32,047 bases of DNA from Macrostomum lignano (GCA_002269645.1 NIVC01000693.1:1-32047), one strand, 5' to 3'; positions 1-11,929 are shown, counted from the first letter of the stretch. Notes: generated from the letters alone by a model not told the origin. Numbers and translations: made by a program.

Positions 1-1113
1 CATGCTGGGAAACACTCGGTGCATTTCACTGGGCAGAAGTTCCACATTAAAATACAGCTTTCCTTCTAACTGATTCGAGAACAGTCGGATGTCTTTCCAG
101 ACATGAGCACCGTCGATGACCATCAACCTTACTTTTCCAGGAAGCAACAGTTCGTCACGAATGTAGCACATGGGTATATTGATCTCTCTTTTCGTTTCTC
201 CTGCTATGTTTGTCAATAGCTGCCCCTTCGAATCAGAGAGCCGGGATTCCATATTGATTTTAACATGTCTCACGAAAGAATCAAGATCCCCTCCGCCATT
301 GAATTGTGCATTGTACCAGAAGTGGCACTCGTCGGCAGCTGCATCGCATCTTAGATCAAGATCTCTGAACCCAACCTCATCCGATGTTTGCATGTCTCTT
401 CGTTTTCTTTGGAACTTTAGCCTAAGGGGTTCTTTGTTTTCAAGCAACAGTTGACCATTGAATCTGTACATCTCAATCAGATTTACTTTAACGAAGACGA
501 GTTCATCCGTACGCTGAGCATTGTAGAATCGGCTTAATGATTTATATTCGTCGTTGTTTAATTTGAAACTGATCGCTTCACACGGCTCATTGCTGCTGCA
601 AGCAATGTGCAAAATCACAGTTACCATGGGCGCTACTTGCAGCTCAACCTTGGATAAATTTTCGCTCACAGTTGCGTGGATTGTGTACCCGTGAGCATTG
701 GGAGTGAAATTCAAAAATGTATTTCTTTTCAAGGGAATGTCAACTTTTGGACTATTGTTTTCTTTGCTACGAGAGTACTTACCTGAGATTTCAAGACAAG
801 TGAGTGGCTCGGCTATGGAAAAATTCTTTTTCCAGTGATCAATGGTCCTTCCGTTATTCTTAGTTGCGGTGATCCTCTTCAGCTCATGTTGGGTATTGTT
901 AGCCTGAATGCGCAACTCTCTGATATATACTGGTGTCTCACTGCTGACATCGCAGTCTACTAACAGTTTTATTTCGGCAGAGAATGGCCGAAAAACGACA
1001 GGCTCTTGATTCCATTCTTTTGCTACAATGAACGTCAACTCTTTGCCGCTTTTATCAGTATTTGGTGCTTCAAGATTCCAGCATTTCTGCTCTCGTAATT
1101 CACGGTTCCCATA
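1..1113 (-). CDS. Open reading segment missing from the ORF track (371 codons, no stop, runs off the window)
   Basis: Manual translation: YGNRELREQKCWNLEAP...FSAEIKLLVDCDVSSETPVYI...KVNLIEMYRFNGQLLL...ELLPSEMHRVFPSM, with no stop codon. It is in frame with ORF 1114-1872. Confidence 0.85.
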
Positions 1114-1655
1114 TTAATCAACAATTTCCAGATAGAAACTGACAACCAAACTTCTGTTTGCAAAGGGATTCCAAGCCAGCAGATTCCCAGAGATTTGGCA
1201 CATTTCGATGTTCACCGAAGCCGTGAAAACTCCATTGTTGCTTTGTAGCTCAACATTTCTGAGCTCTTCGCAATTGGAACTTTGTAAAAACAGGCGCTGT
1301 TGCGTTTGAATAGGGCTGTCCGTAACTCGAAATTCGAAATTCACTTTTCCGAAGTACTGCGCCGCAGCTACAGAGCTGGGGTCGTTTGCGCCCCGGTAAA
1401 CTGCGGACACGAGCACAGGCTTTTCTGCTGTTCTCGACTGACTGCCTTTTAAGCTGTCCAAGTTTAGCGGAAGTGAAACTTTCTGGTTGCTTAAAATTAT
1501 TTCGAATTCCTTGTCGTTTGCAAATAAAACTGCATCGAAAAGTTCTGTGATGTAGAGATTTGATTCAACCTGTAAGTTCAGACTCTTCTCATGCACACCA
1601 ACTTTGATGGCATCATTCAAAGTTGGATCATTTGACTCATTTGCATCATTTGACT
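1114..1655 (-). CDS. Segment of the repeat-domain gene downstream of the microsatellite
   Basis: The non-repetitive part of ORF 1114-1872 (ESNDANESNDPTLNDAIKV...VNFEFRVTDSP...GVFTASVNIEMC) contains the repeated domain motif. Confidence 0.75.
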
Positions 1656-1833
<178 letters not shown>

Positions 1834-2640
1834 CATTTGCATCATTTGCCTCGTTGGAGACAGAAAGAACAAATTTCATTTTCATTTTCAAAGGTTGCAG
1901 CGAGGAATTTTCATCCCAACAAATTTCATTTCGTCCAGGTTTCAAAACTGACAGCAGCAGCTCCGATCTGCCACTAGGGGATTCGCGTAACACCCAGAAT
2001 TTGGTGAGATCCTGATCAGTGCTGCCCCACGAAATCAGGCCGTCACCACTGGGCCTTTGGCAGGCAAGGATTTGTTTTGTTAACTGAAAGCGACCTTGCT
2101 CAAACTTTAGCTTGTTCTGTTTCAGTGGTGCTCCGTTTCCCAGTTCGGGACACGTGCCTGCGATGTACAGTTTCAGTCCGAACTCGGGTCTGCACCCAGT
2201 GAGAGCAAACTGGCATTCGATATCTTCGGCAGTGAGCATTTTCAGAGGCTCATTTTGACAGACGAGAAACTTTTTATGCTGTAGAATCCTTGGAACAGTG
2301 AGCCTGTGGCATGTGCTTGGAGATCCGACACCTACCAGCAGAATTTCGTTTTCCATTAAAAAACGTTGGTCTTCCTGGCTGAATAAAACAACCAGCGGGC
2401 CTCCGGTTCGGATCTGATGCTTCAGCCGCAGTTTTGGTGCATTGCTGAACTTTACAGACAGCTCTTCGCTTGCGGAGTTTAGATGGAAAAGCAGTTCTCT
2501 ATCTATAGAAAGAGATAGATGATGCGGCATGTTGCTCCTCAACTCATGCATAATGACGAATGTTGGTACAAGTGAGCTGCTAGGAAAGGTGGGCCTGAAG
2601 CTTGCCGTTAGCACTAGAGAAACTTCTATCTCCGTTTTTT
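1834..2640 (-). CDS. Segment of the repeat-domain gene containing the clearest CBM20-like unit
   Basis: ORF 1646-2614, whose frame is open upstream to 2656. It includes IECQFALTGCRPEFGLKLYIAGTCPELGNGAPLKQNKLKFEQGRFQLTKQI. Confidence 0.75.
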
Positions 2641-3872
2641 TGGCAACAATTTCTTGTCACTTGACATTTATAGAGTGGCTGATCATTAATGTCTTCCGAG
2701 TCGAAGCAAATCGCCCTGTTACCATAAAAACAGAGCTCGATTTCGGCCACACCAACAAAGCAGTTATTTATCTCTGGATCCAACTTCAATTCAATTCCGT
2801 GCTGATTAAAAAAGTTTCCTAAAATGGACACACAAGCGGCCTCAGCAACAAAATCTTCCACTTGCAGCAGAAAATGAAGCGGCACTCTCAGCGCTGGCAA
2901 AATGGTGAATCCCCCGAGGTCCGCATCGCACACGATCAAAAAGCGATTTGCACCGGCGATTGAATCCTCAGCAAGTTTGATTTCAACCTTCTTCCTAGAC
3001 TCACCTTTGTAGCAGCAATCAAGTGACAATGTGACAGGTGACTGGGTGTCTTTTTCAGAATGACTGAAGCGAGTGGTCACCTGTGTAATTTGGCTCATCC
3101 AGGAAGTTGTCCGGCTGAACCGAGATTGAGGACTCAGCTTGATGTTGCCGAGGGCATCGCTGCACACACTAATTTTGTCTACCCGAAATTTCGTTTCCTG
3201 CACAAAGAACTTCACTTCTATGTCCCGTCTCCTGTAGACAGAAAAATGTTTGGTGTTCCAATCCAGCTCTAAAATAAATGATTGCAGCGGATGGCAGTCG
3301 CCAAAAATTTTGACTTGCTTAAATTTTTTTGCTGGAAATTGATTGTCACCGAATTGAAAGGCCAGACACAGGCAGTCAGCAGTTAACCAATGCAGCAGGC
3401 TGCCATCGTCAAGCTTTACCATAGTCAGGTTCACATTCCTCCTAAATATACCATCACTGCTTTGTATCATTAGCGATTTCCTGCTGAAATCGAGTTCTTT
3501 GCAATTTCCGAAAACATAAGCAGCAGCTGGAATATTGCGCAGGCAAAGTTCCAGTTTGACGGTGAATACAGGGAGAACCTTCAGCTGCAATTCTTAATTT
3601 CCGTCAGTAATTATTTCGTTTGCATGAATTCGCACCGAATTCGCTAGTGGCAGCTCAAGGTCAAACCGGCTGATTTTGCCATTTTTTATGATGGTTAGCG
3701 TTTGATGATTTGTCGTAGTAACAGAACCGGAAAAAATTGACTTGTTGTCTTTCTTCGTCTCGTAAGTTAAAGTGAATTTACACGCATCTTCGCCTTCACC
3801 CACTATCACTTCAGGCAGTTCATGATTTTCTACAGTGCACTCGACAACAATATATAGCACTGCAGCCTTCAT
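2641..3872 (-). CDS. N-terminal segments of the repeat-domain gene (ATG 3872; in-frame TAA at 3594-3596)
   Basis: ORFs 3594-3872 and 2580-3590 are in the same frame and read ...ITDGN*ELQLKVLPVFTV... Confidence 0.75.
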
Positions 3873-3888
3873 AACGATTCTTTGGTTA

Positions 3889-3935
3889 CTGAAATCGATG
3901 GAAGTTTAACGCATAATGAATGAATGCTATTAGTA
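3889..3935 (-). promoter_or_regulatory. Putative 3' splice acceptor (cis- or trans-splicing) 16 nt upstream of ATG 3872
   Basis: The minus strand reads ...tactactaatag...aacttccatcgatttcAG|TAACCAAAGAATCGTTATG, with a branchpoint-like TACTAAT and a TTTCAG acceptor. Confidence 0.45.
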
Positions 3936-4606
3936 GTAAAAGTATATACGAGCTACTCAGAAAACATTGAAAAGTCGCCTCCCTTTGTGCCAGTAACTGA
4001 AACGTTGCTCCCTATTGCTCAGCGTGGTGATTACGGAGTGAATGCCCCCACGGTAAAGCGAGAGAGTTTTCAACTTGCAAGGGAGATCTAAGAGAAGCTG
4101 CTGACTGGCGCAAAGGATGGCGACTTTCAATGTTGATGAGTATATGTAAAATATAAATGTATTTTTAATTACAAAATCCATCGCATATGAGATAACACAC
4201 TTACCTCGACTTGCCGATTACTTATTGTAGTATTCTCCAATCTCCATCTTAATTTGCATTGAAAAAGAGATGGCTAAAGTCCACAGGGAGCTCTGCTCTT
4301 CTATGACTACGCTCAGCGCGGTCTTAGAAACGGAACTTGTCTAATCCAATCCAGACTGTTTAGAATTTATGCCCTGAAAGCCCGAGTGCACACCACTATT
4401 TTCATACATTTGTTTGGGAAGGAAAGAATTGAGTTGAGAAAAGAGCTTAATTTTCTACGCGATTGCGCACGTTAGCGTACCGATGGGAAGGGTTGGGCTG
4501 GGGGCTGGATCTGGTTGTTGGTTGGTTGTTGCATCTTTTCCGGAGGGGAGTGGCGACACGCGCAGTTTATGGCAGCTTATGGCCGCCCGCTATAGCGGAG
4601 CCAAGG

Positions 4607-4877
4607 ACTTCTTAAGCTAGCACTGGGACACGCAAGGTATGGACATGAGTCACGGTTTCCCTGCAAGATGAGGCCGGTTTTTTACAGGAGTCCCTGGATG
4701 AAATGCACAAACTGACAAACTTGCTTGCTTTGTCTGCTTAAAAACCTTTTAAAATAACCACTAGCGTGCGTATCACTTCTGTTGAAATCAGCCACACACA
4801 TGACACAATTGGCCAAAACCGGCCTCATCTTGCTGGGGGTAAAAAACCTTGCGTGTGTCGGTGCTAGCTTAAGAAGT
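4607..4877. mobile_element. Non-autonomous TIR element (MITE), 271 bp
   Basis: Perfect 17-bp TIRs ACTTCTTAAGCTAGCAC (4607-4623 / 4861-4877). Internal inverted pairs of 11 bp (4628-4638 / 4846-4856) and 19 bp (4663-4681 / 4815-4833). No clear TSD. Confidence 0.8.
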
Positions 4878-5344
4878 ACCTGGCGGAGCCCATCCCTCGC
4901 TAAAAAAGCCCGTTAGCGGGGTCCGCCCCACGGTGGGGTGGGCTCCCGCTAGCGCGGGCCAGCCCACAATGGTTGAGATATGCCATTGTGGGGCTGTGGA
5001 GAAGCAGACGCCAGAACTTGACTCGCATTGGTTGGTTCGCAAGATACATGGCACTAATTCGAATAATAAAAAAAACTTTTTTCGGCTCCAGTGCGTGAGC
5101 GCTGATTGTCTTGACCTTGCCAAGGCGCTAAAATAGGCGCCGAGAAGCTGAAATTGGGGATCCTGGCGCCAAAATCGGCTTCTTTCGTCAATTCGAGCTT
5201 TCCTGTTTGATATGATATTAGTCCGACAGTTTTTCACAAGATTTTAGAAAACGTAATTTTTTATATCCAAGTGGCGAATTCAGAACTTAATGCTGTTTTA
5301 TTTGTCAATAATCTGCGGCTCCTCTTTACTCGCAATTCATGTAT

Positions 5345-5410
5345 TTCTTAAGCTAGCATCGGGACAAGGATTTTTACCCCAGCTGCAAGATGAGGTTTGA
5401 GCCGATTTTT
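5345..5410 (+). mobile_element. Solo or truncated end of the same MITE family
   Basis: TTCTTAAGCTAGCA at 5345-5358 and GCAAGATGAGG at 5385-5395 match the TIR blocks of 4607-4877. No partner end was found. Confidence 0.7.
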
Positions 5411-5724
5411 ATGCGGTTTTTTATAAAATGCTGCTTTTGCTTTCCAAAAGTGATTATTTGTAAAAAGAAGCTTATGCGAGGATAATTTTAGAATCCCTCT
5501 TATTGATTTATTTAGTAGAGTTGTTAGTTACTAAGATAAAAAAGTTTCATTTCATTTCAGAGCAAGTAAGCATCAGTACATTTTATAGCAATTTTATTCG
5601 CAACGCAGTTTTTACTTTATCAGTATAAACATCATCTATCGAGCAACTTTGTGGTGACTATGACTAAAATTTTAAAAAAATTATTCAACATATTAGTAGA
5701 AATGCGCATTGAGAAACATAAAGC

Positions 5725-6110
5725 TACGAGCTGTATACGGTAATATAACACAAAAAATTCTGGGAAACATTGATGCATTCAGATATGCGCACAAGTGCAT
5801 AAGTGCCACAGTGCATGAGATAATTCCAGGTAGCTCAGAGTGAGACTGACGGTTTTTTGTCGAAGGCTCAATTCTCGATCGCGCACCCATGGAGATCAAG
5901 GCATTAGAGATCAGAGGAGAGCCGACCTGTTGGAATTCACACCAGCATATGCGACTTACATGCCGGAGCCAGTCTGCCGGATCGCCTGTTCCATCTGCAT
6001 TGATTCCGATCATAAAGTCTCCATCGGTACCAACGGCTCCCCACTGTCAAAAGACAAGGTGGCCGATGCTGCTGGTAGCAAAGGCTTGATTTCTACTGTG
6101 GGCTGCTGAA
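5725..6110 (+). mobile_element. Possible highly degenerate mariner 5' fragment
   Basis: TACGAGCTGT start like the TIR at 9766. Two frames give MEIKALEIRG and LLEFTPA...VCRIACS, weakly resembling a mariner N-terminal HTH. Confidence 0.3.
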
Positions 6111-7139
6111 TCTTATGGAAAATCTTGTCGGCGCCCTGCAGTCCGACAGCATCGGTTCGGTTGGCTTCGCCAGCTATCATGCATGCCGCTGCAGAAAAAG
6201 TCACGGAAATAGCGAGGGGCCTCTAAACGTCAATGAGAGAACATGCATATGGCATGGACTCTGCTCCTGGACTTAAAATAATTTACATTGCATCGAACCG
6301 CATAGAGTGAGAAGTTTAGAAACTTTCACATTTACATTTACCTATAGCTTTCATCTCATACTCTACTTTATGCATACTCTACTCTACTCTACTTTTAGTA
6401 ATACCAGTAATATTACGCAAACAGCGAGTGACTATGCTATTGTCCGAAAAACCGGTTCTCAACCGGTTCTCATTCTTTAGAACTTCCAAATATGGTAAAT
6501 GTTAACCTGAATGCGACCCAAGTCTCACCCTTTTCTAGTCAAAAACGCAGACTCTAATTTATTTACTCTAAATAAACAACAAATAACCTTTGAGATGGTG
6601 ACGTTTAGTCATGAGTGCCATCGAATTCAAGTAAACTAGCTGGACTGAATTTGTTGTGAAGGTGAGCTTTGGTGAGCGCTGTTTATTTCCTTGTTATTGA
6701 CTTTGTTGGTGCTTCTGATTTTTTTTGGCAGCGGGGAAGTGCCGTGGCTGTCTTTAATACGGGAACACGAGAATTTCCTTCAGGAAGTTTTCCCGCCGAG
6801 AGGTTTGCCCGCGTGATTGCGTGATCCAATGTGCAGGAGGTTTGCATAACTGCAATATAAGCCGACTCGGTGGGTTAAAATCCTATGAGCACACTGCTCG
6901 TGACACCTGCAGTATCACCAGCTGGCTAATCTGCTACGAATGTAAATCTATAGAACTCTTCACGGCTAGAAGCCCATCAAAAAGACATTGAAGCCATGTT
7001 ATCGTTAATTGAAACTCGGCTGAGGATCGGGAGCAAGCCCGCATCAAATTGTTTTGTACTCCTCGATCTCGTAGGTGGCAGAGCAAGAAGAGGGGCACAG
7101 AGCTGCTGAGCGAATTCGAGAACCTGTGAACCACTTAGC

Positions 7140-7850
7140 CAGGTGATCTCAAGTGTATGCGGACGGTCATCGATAATGGTCACCGCTGAGCTGCCTGCCT
7201 CTGCTCCCACCGATCACAGCAGTGTTGTGCGGGAACACTCGGTTGACCTACGGGGGTAACTATCGAATCCGACTTAGCAACTCATAATTTTGCATTTTCT
7301 TTCTCATTTAAAAGATTTAGTGTGCCATCTAGCGGTCATCAATCGGTGGGCAGCTATATTTTGTAGCGTTTAATGTGCAATGTGTACAGCCGTAATGTGC
7401 CAATAGAGCGCCGCGGGCCCCACCACCTGCAGTGGGTCCCTGGACACTGCGGGCTTCAGGTAAATGAGCTGGCTGACGCCCTGGCAAACGAGGCTGCCGC
7501 TGCGGGGATCGCCCCCCCCAGCCGCTCCCGGTCACCTTCAACTGTGCCAGGACGTTCATCAGCCGCTGTAGTCTGAATATGGCTATCGCCTATTTCGATC
7601 ACTCGGAAGAACGAGAGCGACGCGAGTTTCCTGTCGCCGGGACGCCGTCCTCATCGCCCGCATCAGAGATAGCGGGCCACTGCAGCGCCCTCCACCCATA
7701 CAGCCAGGTTTGTCAACCCAGCTGAGGACCCCACATGCAAACGTTGCGGGGAGGCGCCCGAAACTGGGGAGCACTGGCTGGCGGAATGCTCAGCACTGCA
7801 CGCTGTCCGTGCGGCTGTTTGAGACGTGGGTGTCTCAGAGTAAAGTGTGT
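7140..7850 (+). mobile_element. Degenerate non-LTR retrotransposon 3' fragment (RNase H plus C-terminal CCHC knuckle; I-group-like)
   Basis: LQWVPGHCGLQVNELADALANEAA is the RNase H C-terminal motif. It is followed by RRDAVLIARIR-SGHC and VNPAEDPTCKRCGEAPETGEHWLAEC (CCHC) across frameshifts. VYADG near 7162 may be the first catalytic motif, so the left boundary is uncertain. Confidence 0.85.
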
Positions 7851-8509
7851 TAACCCCACCCCTCCCCCTTGCGCCCTCCTCTCCTCTGCCGCGTGCCAGG
7901 GGGGGGGGGTTTAAACCCTGGCCTTGGCGCTGCGTGCAATTGCTCCAATTTTTACTCCCCTCCACTTTTCCCTTCTCGTCGCCGTTATTGAAAATATATC
8001 GTTATTACCGGTTAATCAGAGGTAGTCAGCAGGTGACATTTCAGCGCGAGATTTTATAGTCATATTTATACCCTACTGCGCTATCGCACTGCTGTGCCGG
8101 TCCCCAAAAAACGATGTCTCCCCATGCAGTGATCCACAACCATGCACCAGCTTCCCGTACAACTGAAATCGGTCTTCAATAGAATTTACAGGATGGACTG
8201 AGATCTAAGGAAAGCGATTGTTGCAGGTGAAACCAAGATATCACTAAATTAGAGAAGGGAATTCGCGAAATTTCTCACACGATTACTAATACTAACAAAA
8301 GGAGAATTTGAGAATGCGGTATTACGCAAGGGTGAGGAAGAAACGGGGGAAGCTTGTAAAGCATAAAACCAACGCCAATGGGAATGGCAGGCGAGTGTTG
8401 GGGCGAGAAACAAGCACGGAGCTCTCGAACGTGGGTCCACTCAGCGCCTAAACACCCAGGCTAGCTAAACAAGAAATTAAAATAGCCTATCCGCGCCGCA
8501 TAGACGGTG

Positions 8510-9275
8510 GTTAAAAAGTATAAAGAAAAGTGCAAAATAAGCAATACAGTGAAAATAAACAATTATATATAGAATTTAGCTATATAATTATAAATAAGTT
8601 TATTATTCGTTTTATCAAATCTATTATTGAAAATTGATGATACAGTATTCAATCCATTATGAGGCAAAAATAAGAACAAACAATGAACAGAATCACAGGT
8701 CGTAAAATCACAGGTAAGAGCACTGGAAATGATATAGGCGAGAGGCGTTTCAAAAGTTCATAGAGAGCGTTACCCTTTCAAAAGACAGCACAGCACAGCA
8801 CATGTGTGCAGCACAGCACATTGAGGCTACTGGCCTCAAGCTGGTGGGTGTTCCTCCATATTCACCTGGCACTGTGCAGTTTCTGGTTGTTTCCAACAAA
8901 ATCAATGAATAAGCAGTTGAATTTTCTCAAAAAGCCTATTTTACCAGGTGCTTCAATAGCTGTGTGCAGCGCATCAGGAAGTGCGGATCGTATTCGATGG
9001 GGATTACATTGAGAGACTGGATTGGAGTGCTGATATCTGAGGCACTGCCCACTTATTTCTGCTTACTTACTAACACTTTCTACAAACGTTAAAAACACCA
9101 CTCGGACTGCATGTGTAAGTAATAGTCATTTTAACAACTACGCAACAATCAGTATAAAATATTTTAACCAGACTTTATTTTTTAAATATTGGAATGGATA
9201 CGAGCGTATAATATCTAAAGACAGAAAACACAATCACGAAGCCAAATACGAATCCGGCAGTTTATTAAGTTAAAT
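8510..9275 (+). repeat. Diverged direct duplication, copy 1 (copy 2 at about 10820-11520)
   Basis: Shared collinear blocks: ACAGTATTCAATCC, AAAATCACAGGTAAGAGC, AAAAGACAGCACAGCACAGCAC, GGGATTACATTGAGAGACTGGATT, ATAATATCTAAAGACAGAAAACAC and GGCAGTTTATTAAGTT. Confidence 0.85.
8700..9065 (+). mobile_element. Degenerate mariner transposase 3' fragment (copy 1)
   Basis: Across frameshifts it reads TGLKLVGVPPYSP..A..FWLFP, the YSPDLAPxDFWLFP motif. It is collinear with 11030-11357. Confidence 0.7.
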
Positions 9276-9765
9276 TTAAAATTCTAAGGGGGGCTGCAAC
9301 AGGAAAGTGCGTGAACGTGTGTGATCGGAGTAGAGGCACAAAGCAGTGGTCTCCCTATCTAGCTAGTTTGTGAGAATGGCGCAACTTTTCCAGCATGCGC
9401 TGCGGAGCTATGGAAAATCAATAATTGAATGGCAGCTGGGCTATGATTTTTTAGCAGACATGCGAGTGTTACAAAAATAAAGAGAATTTTGTTATAAATT
9501 TCGACTGAATATACATATGAACTCGACATTTAGGTAAAAAATGTCACACATATGCCTAGACAACAAACTTAATTCTGAGCTTTATCAATGCAACTGTGTT
9601 ATCTTATATGAAAGTCCAGGACTCCACCTTAAGATAAAAAATTACGATTTTTGACGACGATTTTTGTCTTAACTTCTTAAAAGTTCTTGAAAAAATCTAA
9701 AAATGTCTGCTGTTTACTCCGTTAAGAACACCTAACTTCTGATAAGAGCCCCTCTTTTTGCTTTC

Positions 9766-10799
9766 TACGAGCTGTGGGCAAAATTTCCTGGAAATAATTT
9801 TGCAGGAACGTCCGAAAAGTCGTTCAGATGTTGGATCGAAGGAAGGGCAACGGAAAGGGCATTTTACCGCTGGTCTGCTTCAACTAGGAGAGAAACCGTG
9901 CGATATTGCTCAGGACCTGAATCAGGCATTTGGAGAACAGGCGATATCGCAAGCGCGGGTTCATGCTCACTGCAAGGCATATCGCGAGGTCATGGTCGCC
10001 CTCGCATGTCAGCAGACGAAAACAGCAAACGTTTTCCGTGACTGTCTCAGCGCCAATCTTTCTTCCACAGTGCGTGAAGTTGAGGAGGTCTGCGGCAACT
10101 GCATTGCTTCTGTGAGTCGCATCCTCAAGGTGATAAACTCGTCAAGAGTCTAACGACGACTTAAATGACTTCTAATCAGCATGGATGACACCACTGTCAA
10201 TGTTTAATTAATGACTAATCAGCAGTCATGCAGTGCAGCGGAGGCTCAGATTCCGTAAGCCACACACAAAGCCAATGAAGTCGGCGTGGACATGCAACAC
10301 CATGTGCACTGAGTGGTTTGACGCCTTCGGGGTACTGATGGCCGACTACCTGCCAGAAAGGCCACCATCAATCCCCACCTATGTGCAAGGTAGAGGTTGT
10401 CCTCAAGAAGTGCTGTATTATACAACCAAGCCATCATTTTGTTGGACAACGCTCGCCTTCACGCTGCCTCGGCCACCACAATAAAAGTGCAAGAGCTCGG
10501 CTTTCGGCAGCTTAGTCACCCACCTCATTCACAAGACCTCGCCATCACTGATTTTAATTCGTTTTGAGGATGAAGAAGCCTGCGAGGTCGCGTCTTTACC
10601 ATTGTGAGGAAGTCATTGTGGCGGCCAACGAATCTCTCGATGCGCTCGATCTGCCTTGGAGATTTTGGGAGGAGGGAATCAAAACTGCTGCGTCGCTTTG
10701 TAGAGCTCGCTAAAATCGTTGAAGCAATGGACGAGGGCGCTGCTTTTGACATGAGGAACAAGACAGGCTTGGTTACTTTCGCCACAGACAAAATCGTTA
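9766..10799 (+). mobile_element. Near full-length degenerate mariner (Tc1/mariner) DNA transposon
   Basis: HTH region QLGEKPCDIAQDLNQAFGEQAISQARV...STVREVEEV; catalytic motifs WFDAFGVLMADYLP, ILLDNARLH and LSHPPHSQDLAITDF; C-terminal FWEEGIK. Left end TACGAGCTGTGG; the right TIR is weak. Multiple frameshifts and stops. Confidence 0.88.
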
Positions 10800-10992
10800 T
10801 TTTTAGTTTTATAAGCTAAAAGTGTATTTAAAAGTGTAAAGAAAAGTACACAAGAAAAAAAGTGCAAAAATTAAAATTATAATATTATAAACTTATAAAC
10901 TTTATCCAATTCATTATTAAAAATTTATAACAGTATTCAATCCTATAGGGCAAAAAAATTAACATGCATAAATATGGAATCAAATGTACAAC

Positions 10993-11357
10993 TACGAGCT
11001 ACATATTATAAAAGTCTGACTAAAAAATCACAGGTAAGAGCGCTGGAAATGGCATATCGAAGCTATAGGCGTTTCAAGAACTCGTAGCAAGCGTCCCCCT
11101 CCCAAAAGACAGCACAGCACAGCACACGTGCGCAGCACATTGAGGCTTCTGGCATCAAAGCCGCTGATTTTCTGGTTATTTCCATTAAAATAAATTAATG
11201 AGCAGCTGAATTTGCTCCAAAAAGGCCATTTTATCTGGTGCTTCAAAAGCTGTGTGCAGCGCATCAGGAAGTGCATCGAAGTAAATGGGGATTACATTGA
11301 GAGACTGGATTGAGATGCTGGTGTCTGAGGCACTGCCCACTTTGAATATCTGCTTGA
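10993..11357 (+). mobile_element. Internally deleted mariner derivative (copy 2), about 365 bp
   Basis: Imperfect TIR pair TACGAGCTACATATTATAAAAGT / ACTTTGAATATCTGCTTGA. The plus strand encodes the mariner C-terminus EQLNLLQKGHFIWCFKSCVQRIRKCIEVNGDYIERLD*. Confidence 0.75.
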
Positions 11358-11501
11358 TTTTCATCATCATCTACCTACATGTGTAATGTGTAATAAATCA
11401 TTTTAAAAACTACGCAAAAATCAATATTGTTTTTAAACATTTCAATTGATAATATCTAAAGACAGAAAACACCGCCACAAAGCCAAAAATTAATCAGGCA
11501 G

Positions 11502-11507
11502 TTTATT
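11502..11507 (-). terminator. Putative poly(A) signal of the IFI27-like gene
   Basis: AATAAA on the minus strand, about 95 nt after the stop codon. Confidence 0.5.
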
Positions 11508-11600
11508 AAGTTCAAATTAAACTTCACCTTGCTGTCCCTTGCAGGTTATGCCAGATCATTATTGCACAAGGCAGCTTGGGTATTCGTCAAACTGTGCTTT

Positions 11601-11929
11601 TTAGATACAAACAATTTCATAGCTGTCGCCACTGTGGCACTCCTCTGTGATTCCAACATTGTATATTCCACAGGATGCTGCAATGGCGGCTCCAGTGCCA
11701 GCAGCTGCTGTTCCTGACAGTCCAGCTGCTCCAATGCTCTGGCCGAGAGACACAATAAATGGGGTGATGCCTCCTCCAAAAGCTTGCATCCAGGCTGCAA
11801 TTGAGCCAGCAGCAATTCCACCTGCTTTAAATCCAAGCAGACCAACAGCCCAAGGTGCAGCAAAAAAGGATCCAACAGCAGCTGCTCCTCCAGCAGCAAG
11901 GCATGCTCCTGCTTTCCAACCATTGTAAC
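11601..11929 (-). CDS. IFI6/IFI27 (ISG12)-family protein, exon 2
   Basis: AAPWAVGLLGFKAGGIAAGSIAAWMQAFGGG...SLGQSIGAAGL matches the ISG12 (Ifi-6-16) motif. Acceptor ctcAG|GTTAC at 11930-11931; phase matches exon 1; TAA at 11601-11603. Confidence 0.85.

Noticed and set aside
776-786. Perfect CAG|GTAAGT donor inside the 1-1113 frame
   Set aside because: The frame stays open through it, and GKYSR aligns with GKISR of the first repeat, so the sequence after it looks coding.
2633-2641. A_AAA_AAC slippery heptamer in phase with the upstream frame
   Set aside because: A -1 shift leads to CGG AGA TAG (stop). The downstream ORF needs +1, so programmed -1 frameshifting does not explain the join.
11028-11370. 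Minus-strand ORFs suggesting a small frameshifted gene
   Set aside because: They are antisense to a recognisable mariner C-terminus (KCIEVNGDYIE) on the plus strand.
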